From the NCBI GenBank assembly GCA_963724295.1, contig CAVRUC010000011.1, positions 91,980 through 155,979 on the forward strand: a stretch of 64,000 nt of DNA. Reading direction: 5' to 3'. The translations under genes were made by a program, and so were the position numbers. Positions 10,001 to 18,298 of this stretch are shown here, one piece after another. The notes under the pieces were generated by a model that was given only the letters and a program-made list of their open reading frames with translations, ran no database searches and was not told the origin of the DNA. Origin of the DNA: an uncultured Chloroflexia bacterium (GTDB lineage: Bacteria; Chloroflexota; Chloroflexia; Thermomicrobiales; UBA6265). Numbering within the stretch: the stretch's first letter is position 1; each line of letters starts with the position of its first letter.

Positions 10001-11519
10001 GGGCTTGCGTGCGCATGTACCCGAGCAGGACCACGGCGGCGCCTGGGTTGTTCAGTCTTGTGGGTGGCGCTGTAATCCTGATCGGCTCACCTTTCTTCGG
10101 CTTCGGTAATCGCCAAATGGCGCCGTAGGCGCCGGCGGTTTTCTCGTTCGCCGCGAGTTTGGTATCGATCCGAATCGCCTCCAACACCATCGCCGGTTGG
10201 TAGAGTGCCGTCATGATCTGGCCGATTGTCATGCCAATGCCGGCGAACGCGGCGGTCTCACCGGCCTGGCTCTGTGCAAGGAGGACGGCATAGTCGCGCA
10301 GCATGAGGCCGTGCTGCGCCATCTCACGATTGAAAATCTCTCGGGAGTACCAGCTTGGTAGCGGGATATCCCATTCCTTAAGTGAGCGAATGAACTCGTC
10401 CCAGAGGTTGAGACTCGCATACCCCAGAACGAGTAAATCTTCCTGTTCCGGTGTCAGTTGCAATTCGAGCTTCTTCGACCTGAGGAAGGAGATCACCGCC
10501 AGGCTCGGCGTCAGGCCTAGATCCACATGACCAATCTCTTCGCCGGCTTTGGCGGGTTTGGCGGACCTGAAGCCGCCGTACCGCTCGAACTTCCCCTTAT
10601 TGAGGATCGTCTCGACTTCGGCAACGAATGCGGGATCGTACTTGGCGCCGAGCAGGCGGCCCAGGATGATCGCTAGCAACTGCGGCGTCTTGCGGCCCGC
10701 CTTGTACCGGATATGGTCGGGTACGTCGAAGCTGAGCCCACTCAGCGACGCGCTCATGCCAACGGAAGGGGGCGTTTCCGTCGGTACTTCTGGGGCGCGA
10801 AGGATGGATCCGCGGACCGGGGCCAGGGCCGCCGGTCGCCCACCCGCGAGAACTGCTTGGGCCGCTGCTTCGGCCTCGTGCTCGTGGTACCCGTCTGCCG
10901 GCGCGATGCCGTCTGGCGCCGTTTGGATGGTGGAATTCGCATTCGATTGCTGGACTACATGGGCAAGCTCATGTGCCAGCAGACGCCGGCCGGCGCCGCT
11001 ATGCGGCGCATGCTGGCCCGTGGCGAAAACAATGTTGTGACCGATGGTGTAGGCCCGGGCGTCAATTGCGCGGGCGGATGCCGCCGCCCGTGAATCGGTA
11101 TGAACCCGGACGTCGCCAAAATCGTGGCCGAAGTGCGACTCCATCTCGGACCGCACGGACATGTCCAGGGGTTGCCCTGCGGAGCGGGCCGTCTCATGCA
11201 CGAGCGAAGGGGCGGCGTGCGGGACTGCCGCCGCCCCCGGGGCAGGTTCGCGTTGGATTGCGCGGCGCTTGGCAGCGCAGGACGCGCACTCGCCATCGGC
11301 GCCCGCCTCGCCACCGCAGGCGCAGCGTTGGCGCTGGATCACCGGCCTCGCCTGGTCGAGCATGCGCATCACGGCGCGATTGCCATGCGTTGACTGGAGG
11401 CGGAGGATCGATACGCCTGGACCGCGCGCGGGCAGCTCTGGACGCGGACCTTCCTGGCCGACGGCTGGCTCCGGTGCGATCTGCTTGACTGGGTTCTGGT
11501 CTTTGACGGTCACGGCCAT
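7074..11519 (-). CDS. eCIS cargo: 1481-aa DUF4157 polymorphic-toxin-like protein
   Basis: N-terminal DUF4157 (HELAH), coiled coil, several hydrophobic helices, Pro-rich linker, unassigned C-terminal domain; immunity-like gene follows. Confidence 0.8.
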   Translation of the reverse strand: MAVTVKDQNPVKQIAPEPAVGQEGPRPELPARGPGVSILRLQSTHGNRAVMRMLDQARPVIQRQRCACGGEAGADGECASCAAKRRAIQREPAPGAAAVPHAAPSLVHETARSAGQPLDMSVRSEMESHFGHDFGDVRVHTDSRAAASARAIDARAYTIGHNIVFATGQHAPHSGAGRRLLAHELAHVVQQSNANSTIQTAPDGIAPADGYHEHEAEAAAQAVLAGGRPAALAPVRGSILRAPEVPTETPPSVGMSASLSGLSFDVPDHIRYKAGRKTPQLLAIILGRLLGAKYDPAFVAEVETILNKGKFERYGGFRSAKPAKAGEEIGHVDLGLTPSLAVISFLRSKKLELQLTPEQEDLLVLGYASLNLWDEFIRSLKEWDIPLPSWYSREIFNREMAQHGLMLRDYAVLLAQSQAGETAAFAGIGMTIGQIMTALYQPAMVLEAIRIDTKLAANEKTAGAYGAIWRLPKPKKGEPIRITAPPTRLNNPGAAVVLLGYMRTQAHLARDAETDEAARVQLMTNYAGYTQRMLFEGTFQEGDEVIRDRPGTANAPAFPSTLSPVSASPIPPFEAALGTDFRFNMEVQFPSVYEALGRYAFNWERVRIPDEQIGEPIDVSKMRGEEVSHGEVAAVRFSRTTAYAKEDIKRVVDSMQSDIGPAGVGALNLVGANAILRYLGTGIKMAIEILTMPAHQKLIVFPTPGLYFVRSAMSQVREGTEQVVRAPSVAYYPVLARDPDEMAAGGVKTALARREKAHEQIKKLEATLANGNLGKEEKEQAEQELAALRQSLAPLGERLTTLRDEAAKRVEAIKAGTQQGDLDAATKDLEHIEKLIKRRTDRKVGDAELLTAQFVSDFGQKMSLTLEVVDKPTTTTKRGDTYHVYISDVTTPKSGDETGTGKSRDDAIVDAVKTLLESTEGYGRGRVALGLSGGIRTIRIGASKGSLLAESIDNVTTALSIAAVVAAPLTGGASLMFLIPLGLAGAIPSAYRISQRLESGTFELDLENALEIVNIAGSVIGLGRMGATSLRMMRLGKAMLIVGFGIDAAGGVMMSVQFMQQVDALAKIKDPGERAAALMMLIGQTMLSTGVMVGGSLAERSHHVNAEAQVGKPKGLIDEKPIGTPDPAKVPAADAPGAKQIPESPAAIPEKVRIDTEMQRIGGVDPDTDAKLRANEPLRKALVDQPLAAAALKKCKSPCYPPNVTPQQVARLDQLLSRVKETGGYDEQALKKYLYERRDNLNQAIAQLEGANNGAALDARLKMFNEGGESPKPVASEPPRPVQEPSTSAPQPREVSEADPAPADVDPTFSMHIGEKRAAQIQSGERDFALDRAMTFDIDEVLPVGADDIKPQRAVGRALDPYNRQLLDPNTNQRTKGLGIDPRELRSNRGELPPVSVVDKPEALLTRRFSEVEELSRIFDRAVASVREPQTLRPTELKARINKEIRRIITEGTDPDAVAVRTALESLGFQRQPGRGFTLTK

Positions 11520-11534
11520 CCGCCATGTCCTCCG

Positions 11535-12746
11535 CTACGGCGCAGTGAAATCAGCGGAATCTTTGCCGCCGCTGATCTTGGACACGGTCGTCTTGATATG
11601 GTCGATGATCGCCCCGAGATTGTTGGCCGTTCCTCGCTGGATGTCATGGAGCAGGGTGACAATGGTCGACGACGGTGTGGTGGTCTTCCAGCCACGGCCA
11701 TGGACGGCGGCGACCCCGGCTTCGACCCGTTTCTTGAGGTCAGCGAGCGATTTGTTCGCGCCCTGGTCGACGTCGATATCCCAGAGCAGGTTGGTCAGGC
11801 CGACTTTGGAGTAGGTCGCCTCGACATCGGGATTGAGCGCACCGGTGGGGGGCCGGACCAGCGTTGGTTCAGACCCGGTCACTTTTTTGACAGCAGCTTT
11901 ACCAGCCTGGAGCTCGCCTTCCAGTCGTCCGGCCGCCTCGGCCCTGGTGTGGAGCTCATGGTCAGCCGTGCCCCCGGTGTGGATGCCGACCTTGTGTCCT
12001 TCGGCCTGCATCCGCGCGACGAGTTTCCGCCCAATGGCGTTTGCCATGCGATGAGCGACACCAGTTTGGATAAAGAATGCCGCTTTGATGCTACGCGCCT
12101 TGAGCGTGTCGAGTACGTTCTCCGTCAGATTCCGACCACCGCCGAGGGGGGCGGCGTGTGGACCGTCGTCAAAGGTGAGGGAGAAGGTGCGGGTGGCGCG
12201 CATGACTCGCCTGGCGGCACGGATGGGGGCGGGGACGGGCCGCCCCTGCGCAGCTGCGGTGGCCATTGTTCCCGCCTGGCGCTCGGGTTTGCTCCCGGTC
12301 TCGTCGATAGGGAGGTCGGTCGTCGGCCGGCTCCCCTCTTGTTGGGCCACGTGCGCGAGCTCGTGGGCGAGCAGACCGCGACCCTGGGAGGACGCTGGGG
12401 CATAGCGGCCGGCGCCGAAGACAATGTCATTGCCGAGCGTGTAGGCCTGGGCATCGAGTGAACGAGCGGAGGCCGCGGCCTCCGCTCCAGTGTGGATGCG
12501 GACGCGCCCGAAGGGGCGGCCGAACCGGCGCTCCATGAGGGTGCGGGTTTGCGCGTCGAGGGGCCGGCTCGGAGATTGCAGCGCCGCCTCTACGTCCGGC
12601 GACCCGGCGTTGCGGCCGATTCGGGCGAGTGCCGCCTGGTTGCCACCAACCGCGGCGTCCGCGCGGTGGGTCAGGCGGCGGGCGGACGCCATGGCGCGGC
12701 CGGGGACACCCGCTGCCGCACGGGCAATTTTGGTGTGAGCGCGCAT
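11535..12746 (-). CDS. eCIS cargo: DUF4157 + CE4 polysaccharide deacetylase
   Basis: Start 'MRAHTK' after GGGAGAG; DUF4157 (HELAH); NodB motifs TFDDGP, HTGGTADH, RPPTG, LWDID, LLHD. Confidence 0.85.
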   Translation of the reverse strand: MRAHTKIARAAAGVPGRAMASARRLTHRADAAVGGNQAALARIGRNAGSPDVEAALQSPSRPLDAQTRTLMERRFGRPFGRVRIHTGAEAAASARSLDAQAYTLGNDIVFGAGRYAPASSQGRGLLAHELAHVAQQEGSRPTTDLPIDETGSKPERQAGTMATAAAQGRPVPAPIRAARRVMRATRTFSLTFDDGPHAAPLGGGRNLTENVLDTLKARSIKAAFFIQTGVAHRMANAIGRKLVARMQAEGHKVGIHTGGTADHELHTRAEAAGRLEGELQAGKAAVKKVTGSEPTLVRPPTGALNPDVEATYSKVGLTNLLWDIDVDQGANKSLADLKKRVEAGVAAVHGRGWKTTTPSSTIVTLLHDIQRGTANNLGAIIDHIKTTVSKISGGKDSADFTAP

Positions 12747-12765
12747 TCGTGCTCTCCCCATCAGA

Positions 12766-13884
12766 TCAGCTGCTGGCGCTTCGGCCAGCCGTGTTGGTTC
12801 GCCGCGAAGATCTCCGCCCCGTCGCCAGATCGGGAGCAGCGGCAGGAGCCGTCTCGCTCGCCCTGGCCTCCTCGCGGGCCGTCGTTTCCGACATGGGTGT
12901 TTCAGGTGCGGGTTGCGGGGTTCCGTGCTGGTGTTCACGAAACAGCTCGCGCTCCCCGCGTCGGGAATCCATCGTCCCATCACGTGCGGGTTGGTCGCAC
13001 TCCGTCGCCTGGCACGCGTACTCGAATCCTCGCAACGATGGGACGATCCGGCGGCAATCGCAGTTGTCGATCAGGGTGACGGTGCCGTTGGCATCGAACT
13101 CCACTCTGGCCAGGACAACCCAGGGACTCTGCGGGCAGTCGGGACAGGCGGGATTCCTCACTCCGCGGAGGGTCAGTCCCTCCGGCTGCTCGGTCTCATG
13201 GCCTGGCGGGCAGCAATCGAGGGTATCGATCTCGTAGCTGTCGCGGAAGCGCGAGTGTTCACACGGGGTGTCATCGCATCCACAGCCGGCTGGCTGGGCG
13301 CGAACCGGCCGCACCCGACACTCCTTGTAGCGGACGGCGACCCAAAGAGGACTGGATATCCGGCTGTCATAGACCTCGCTGCACCATGGGTCGGAGAGGT
13401 CGTCGCCCGCGCCCGCACAACCGCTGACGCCGCCACCACGCAGGGACACTTCCTGCGCGCAATCGATGATGATCTCGTCGCCGTAGGGGCCGAGAATGTA
13501 GCCCGGTTCGACCCGGACCTTCCATGGCACGGTTCCGCTGGCCGTGTCCGCCACGTTGCCATTGCCGCCATTGGTCGCGGCGGCCCTGGCCAGCGAGCCG
13601 CGGCTCCTGGTCGTGTCCGTTCTCTTCTGGCCTGTCTCGGGGATGACACAGACGAGCGCGCCGCAGACGACACCCCAGCCGTGGAGGTAGATGTTGTGGC
13701 GGCGCAGCCGATCGCGGAAATATTCCGCTTCCAGACCCAGCTCGTCCGGTGTGATCAACTGCCGGGGGAAATAGCGGGGGCGCTCCAGCACGCCGAAGGG
13801 GAAGCAGGTGTGGCCATTAGGGCTGCACGGGTTCACCTCTGTTTGCGCGTAACCGGCCGATGGCTGTCTCATGGTCATGTGCAT
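12766..13884 (-). CDS. eCIS accessory/fibre-like protein (Cys-rich)
   Basis: N-module 'ERPRYFPRQLITPDELGLEAEYFRDRLRRHNIYLHGWGVVCG'; lies inside the operon. Confidence 0.65.
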   Translation of the reverse strand: MHMTMRQPSAGYAQTEVNPCSPNGHTCFPFGVLERPRYFPRQLITPDELGLEAEYFRDRLRRHNIYLHGWGVVCGALVCVIPETGQKRTDTTRSRGSLARAAATNGGNGNVADTASGTVPWKVRVEPGYILGPYGDEIIIDCAQEVSLRGGGVSGCAGAGDDLSDPWCSEVYDSRISSPLWVAVRYKECRVRPVRAQPAGCGCDDTPCEHSRFRDSYEIDTLDCCPPGHETEQPEGLTLRGVRNPACPDCPQSPWVVLARVEFDANGTVTLIDNCDCRRIVPSLRGFEYACQATECDQPARDGTMDSRRGERELFREHQHGTPQPAPETPMSETTAREEARASETAPAAAPDLATGRRSSRRTNTAGRSASS

Positions 13885-13942
13885 AGGGTCTCTCCTCGGA
13901 CGCCGCGGTGGCGGCGCGGTCGGTGGACGGCATCCCGCCCTG

Positions 13943-14875
13943 CTAGCGTCGCCAGTTTTCGCTCGGGCGCTCTTCCTCGACGAGGCGGCTCAGCACATCG
14001 AGGAGAAGGTCGTTGCCGAGGACGATCGGCCGGATCTCGATCTCGACTTCGTAGATGGAGCAGCCGCCATCGCGGCAGTCCAGACGCAGGTTGGCAAGCG
14101 GGACGCATGGGTTACGGCGCGGGGGCGGACAGCCCTCCGTGACCCAGCGCGCCAGCGCCCCGTAGTCGATCTCGCCACCTTGCAGGATGTCTGGGAAGCG
14201 GCATTCGACTTTGGGCCGCTTGACGCAGCCCGGCACGAAGTCGATCCGGTACTGCTCGCGGATCGTGCCAGGTGCGCAGGGGACTGAGGTCGAGCAGTCA
14301 CCGGCAAGCACTGCCACCGGATCACTCTCGCACTCGTGGTAGCAGAGCAGGGCCGTGACGCAGGCGCCACGATCGGAGTGGTGATCGTGGTCACCTTGTC
14401 GCTCCGCATTCCCATCGCCTGCATACTGCCTGGGCTCATCTCGGCTCTGTCCTTTGCCCTCTCCGTTGCCGTACTTCCCGTTCGTGTCGCCCTCATCCCC
14501 TTCGTCGCGTGGATTGTCGCGGCGATTGCAGACGCGGTCGATCAGCGCACTGGGAATGGGCTGGGACGGACTGCGGCTGGGAACGACGATCTCGCGGCCC
14601 CAGCCGTCGATCGCGGTCCCCGGCGTCACTCTGATCGAGCAGGGATCATCACCGCGTTCGATATCGAGGCCACAGACGACGCCGTAGCCGGTGACGAGCC
14701 GGTTCAGCAGGCGCCGCATGGCAATGATGTAGTCGGTCTCGAGCTCGAAGTGATAGACGTCCATCATCTTGCCGTGGAAGAAGTGGTTGCGGCGCGGTGT
14801 TCTCAACCGTCCTCGCCAGTCCAACCGGCTTCCCGACTCACGTGTCCCGTACATTGTCCTGGCTCCTCCCGTCAC
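13943..14875 (-). CDS. eCIS accessory/fibre-like protein
   Basis: N-module 'RNHFFHGKMMDVYHFELETDY...LLNRLVTGYGVVCGL...VTPGTAIDGWGREIVV'. Confidence 0.65.
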   Translation of the reverse strand: MTGGARTMYGTRESGSRLDWRGRLRTPRRNHFFHGKMMDVYHFELETDYIIAMRRLLNRLVTGYGVVCGLDIERGDDPCSIRVTPGTAIDGWGREIVVPSRSPSQPIPSALIDRVCNRRDNPRDEGDEGDTNGKYGNGEGKGQSRDEPRQYAGDGNAERQGDHDHHSDRGACVTALLCYHECESDPVAVLAGDCSTSVPCAPGTIREQYRIDFVPGCVKRPKVECRFPDILQGGEIDYGALARWVTEGCPPPRRNPCVPLANLRLDCRDGGCSIYEVEIEIRPIVLGNDLLLDVLSRLVEEERPSENWRR

Positions 14876-14889
14876 GACTACGCGCTGTG

Positions 14890-17094
14890 CTAGTCCTCGA
14901 CCGCCGCTGCTCCGAGGAGGGTCGTCACTCCGATCTGACTGTGGTTGCCGATCTGGCCCGGCGGATCACCGCCGAGCACGAGATCGACACCAAGCGTCGC
15001 TTCACTGTCGAGCCGGGATGGCAGCGGGTCGCCGCCGATGATGGCGTCGATCCCGATCCTGGCCTGCGCCCCGATTTCGAATTGAGCATCAACCGGGCAG
15101 ATCTGAAACTCGGTATGAGCCGGCTTTTCTCGCTCGATGAGCGCCTCAACGCTGCGTAGCAACTCCTCGCTGTAGGCGGCGCCTCGGTAGAGGCGAACGG
15201 TGAAGCGGTGGGCGACCGACTCGAAGAGCGGCGAGCCATAGTCGTCGCCTTCGATCAGGTGAGAGCGATCGAGCGTCGCAGTTGAGCCGAGAACGGCCCC
15301 CTGGGGCTCGGCCGCCGCGAGCATCGTCGTCACGCCGAGGATCGAGGTCTCCCGCTCTGCCGCGGGGCTCCCCTCGTCTCCGGCAAGTGCCCACCAGGCA
15401 GCTCCCATCACTGGTTCCTCGATCCACGCATCCACTCCTGTGGCACGGCGCAGGGCAGTGCGCAAGCCGGAGGCGGTGCCCCGCGCCGCCGCCTCGACAT
15501 ACGCGTTGGCGACTGCATCCCGCAGGGTCTCGGTGTCCCACTGGGCGGCGATATCGACCGCCAGCCATCGCGCCAGTTGCGCGAGGAAGGGGGGTGAGGC
15601 GGCGGGGTCGAGGATCCGAGTGAGGTCTGCGATGTTCTCTTCGACCTCATCGAAGTGGCTTTTTACCATCGACAGAAAGCGCGGCAAGAAGGCGTCTGGT
15701 GACGAGTCTTCCCGGTAGATGGCCGGCAGGTGCTCCAGGTAGCCTGGACGATCGAACAGCAACTGGATCTGCTCTACCGAAGGCGAGGTGAGACCTTCGC
15801 CACTGAAGTGGATGCCGACCCACGCCAGCGCCGATGGGGGGCGCCGGATCAGGTGCTCGGCAAGGTCCGGCGCCCCTGCGCTCCAGGCGGGCGCCGGGAA
15901 GTGCACCGGCCCGTCCGGGTTGACCGGCGGCATCGCGGCCGGATCGTTGGTGGTGTAGACGCTGAACTGCACGTGGGCGTCCTTGGGCAACGTCGTCATC
16001 GTCGCGCGCAGTCGCTGCCAGGTCTTACTGCGCGGGTTGAATGCGCCGAAGGGGCCGCCCCAGGCGACACCCTCCCGGACGAACGCCGCATCGAGCATCA
16101 GGTGGAGCGGCGCCCGCGACCAGCCGGGATGAACCAGCAGACCGCCCCGGCCGTCGATCGCCAGCGCCGCCACGGCGCCGCGGTAGCCACGGGCGGCGCC
16201 GACTGATGAGCCATCCGACCGGAGGCGTAAGACCTGTCCACCGGTGGTGGTGTGGTCACCGGTGTAGACCGTGCGCCCTGTCACGACCAGCCCGAGTGGA
16301 TCCCCGCTCACCGCAAGCGCGATTTCCCTCTCCAGATGCCCGTCCTGGTCAACGACGAGCAGCATCTTCCGCTCCCGGTCGAGGATGAAGATGCGTGGTC
16401 CCTCGCCTTCGTCGGCGCCGGGGCTGACCGCAATGTCGACCGGGTCGGCTACTGTCGCTTCACTGGCGAGCGTCTGCCAGAAGGCAGGCACGACCTCGCC
16501 CCCAGGAGTGAACTTCTGGATTCGCGCGTTACCGCGATCAACCACGTAGACGTGCCCGGTGGGGTCGGCAGCTAGCGCGGATGGACGGTTGAAGCGTCCA
16601 GGGCTCGCGTCCGGTGCCGGCGGAATGCCCGGGCCGGCATCGCCCCAGATGTCGAGCAGCTGGAGGGTGCCCAGGTCAAAGAGTTGCAGCCGGTGATTGC
16701 CGGCATCAGCGACGATGAGCGCGCGCCGGCCGGGGTGGATGAGGAGACCACGCGGGTCACGTAACTGTGCCGGCTCCTCCCCTTCGCCGCCCAGGCACGG
16801 CACCAATTGCGTCGTGCCATCGCAACCCTGGACCGAGAAGACGGTGTGATTGACAGGGTCGGTGAAGAAGATTGTGCCGTCCGGCCCGACCGTCAGACCC
16901 GCCGGCTCGTCCGCTGGGTCGAGGCGGGCGACCTCGGCTGGCAGCGGAGCAGTCAGTGCCGGCAGCCTGGCCAGACCCAGCGATCCATCCACCACATCGA
17001 TGTTGCGACGTTCGAAATCTGGCCAGACGTTGTCACGATTGAGGTAGAGGAAATCGGGTTGGCCCGTTTGCCTCCCCGGGGTGGCACTCATCAT
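14890..17094 (-). CDS. Phage tail protein (P2 gpI-like wedge) with N-terminal NHL beta-propeller
   Basis: NHL repeats ('PRGL...IVADAGNHRLQ', 'FNRPSALA..VYVVDRGNARIQKF'); tail-I region 'YLEHLPAIYRE...FLPRFL...LARWLA...RGTASGL...EREKPAHT'. Confidence 0.8.
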   Translation of the reverse strand: MMSATPGRQTGQPDFLYLNRDNVWPDFERRNIDVVDGSLGLARLPALTAPLPAEVARLDPADEPAGLTVGPDGTIFFTDPVNHTVFSVQGCDGTTQLVPCLGGEGEEPAQLRDPRGLLIHPGRRALIVADAGNHRLQLFDLGTLQLLDIWGDAGPGIPPAPDASPGRFNRPSALAADPTGHVYVVDRGNARIQKFTPGGEVVPAFWQTLASEATVADPVDIAVSPGADEGEGPRIFILDRERKMLLVVDQDGHLEREIALAVSGDPLGLVVTGRTVYTGDHTTTGGQVLRLRSDGSSVGAARGYRGAVAALAIDGRGGLLVHPGWSRAPLHLMLDAAFVREGVAWGGPFGAFNPRSKTWQRLRATMTTLPKDAHVQFSVYTTNDPAAMPPVNPDGPVHFPAPAWSAGAPDLAEHLIRRPPSALAWVGIHFSGEGLTSPSVEQIQLLFDRPGYLEHLPAIYREDSSPDAFLPRFLSMVKSHFDEVEENIADLTRILDPAASPPFLAQLARWLAVDIAAQWDTETLRDAVANAYVEAAARGTASGLRTALRRATGVDAWIEEPVMGAAWWALAGDEGSPAAERETSILGVTTMLAAAEPQGAVLGSTATLDRSHLIEGDDYGSPLFESVAHRFTVRLYRGAAYSEELLRSVEALIEREKPAHTEFQICPVDAQFEIGAQARIGIDAIIGGDPLPSRLDSEATLGVDLVLGGDPPGQIGNHSQIGVTTLLGAAAVED

Positions 17095-17101
17095 TCCCTC
17101 C

Positions 17102-18298
17102 TTATCCATCCACACCCATCCAGCCGACCTGCCATTCCTGCAACAGGTCAGGGAGACCGGGCTCGTCCGCGGCCGCACCCACCTCCACGTCGACTGGTTC
17201 AGCTGTCTCTGCAGCCTCGTCGAATGCGGACATAGTGGTCGTCCAGAGGGCGGAGATATCGAAGCCTTCGAGGACGATGGGCTGGGCGGCGCGTTCCGAG
17301 ATCGACACGGTGCCTGGGTCTTCCCCTCTACTCCGTGACCTGGCCATGGCCCGCGTAAACTCGGGCGCCGCGATGTTGATGTCGGGGCGGTTGGTCATGA
17401 ACCAGAGAACGAACACCTGGGCGATGAACCCGGACGGGGTCGGCTCGGTGATGCTGAGCAGACCCTCGACGACCACGCGCTGGGCCCTCCCGTTCTGCCC
17501 GATGGTGATCACCCGGGGACCGTCGATCCGAGCGAAATAGTGCGGAGTCGTCAGGAATTCCCCGCTCGTGGTGTCGATCTCGGCCTGCATTCCGCCGACA
17601 ATCTGATAGAGGGCGCGCGTCGGATTCGCCAGGATCACGGGATCCGGGACTCGCTCACCTTCGTTCCAAGGCTCCCAGACCGTCCACGGAGTTGGGTTCT
17701 CGACGCCACAGGCGATGTAGGGCTGTAACGGCGGACGGGCGTTGCGGCGCTGGACAATGCTGATGTCCTTATCCAGTTTGCAATCACGCACCGCGATCTC
17801 GGTGAGCACGAGGTGTGCGCCGCGGAGAATCTCGGCTTGATCGCGGGCCGGACCGCCGTCTGGATTCAGCGGCACCCAGCAGAAGATTGGCTCTTCGCGC
17901 AAGCGGACGGCGCCGCGGGTACCGCACAAGCCCTCGCGCTCTTCGACCTCCTCCAGGGTGTCATCGGCCGGGTACTGGACGGTCAGGACAAAGCGCATGG
18001 CGTTGCCATGCCCATCGCCCTCGACGGGCGGCACGGGGATGGTGCGGGACGTGGTGAGCACGATCTCCCGGCCGAGGTCATCGATGGCATAGCCCGCGCC
18101 GACATTGACCTCGCGGTCGTCCTTCTTGCCGCCGACGGCGAAGCCGTTGCCGATCCCTGGCTGGTGCAGGCTCTGATTGTGCAGCCAGCGCATTTCCCGG
18201 TTGAACGTCTCGATCCCCTGCAGGTCTGCGGCGAAGAGGCGTTGCCCGTTGAAAAAGCGCTGTCGCTCGATGGAGCGCGTGTCATCTAGGAGACCCAT
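17102..18298 (-). CDS. eCIS fibre-like hypothetical protein
   Basis: N-module 'ERQRFFNGQRLFAADLQ...MRWLHNQSLHQPGIGNG...GYAIDDLGREIVL'; paralog of 18286..19350. Confidence 0.65.
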   Translation of the reverse strand: MGLLDDTRSIERQRFFNGQRLFAADLQGIETFNREMRWLHNQSLHQPGIGNGFAVGGKKDDREVNVGAGYAIDDLGREIVLTTSRTIPVPPVEGDGHGNAMRFVLTVQYPADDTLEEVEEREGLCGTRGAVRLREEPIFCWVPLNPDGGPARDQAEILRGAHLVLTEIAVRDCKLDKDISIVQRRNARPPLQPYIACGVENPTPWTVWEPWNEGERVPDPVILANPTRALYQIVGGMQAEIDTTSGEFLTTPHYFARIDGPRVITIGQNGRAQRVVVEGLLSITEPTPSGFIAQVFVLWFMTNRPDINIAAPEFTRAMARSRSRGEDPGTVSISERAAQPIVLEGFDISALWTTTMSAFDEAAETAEPVDVEVGAAADEPGLPDLLQEWQVGWMGVDG

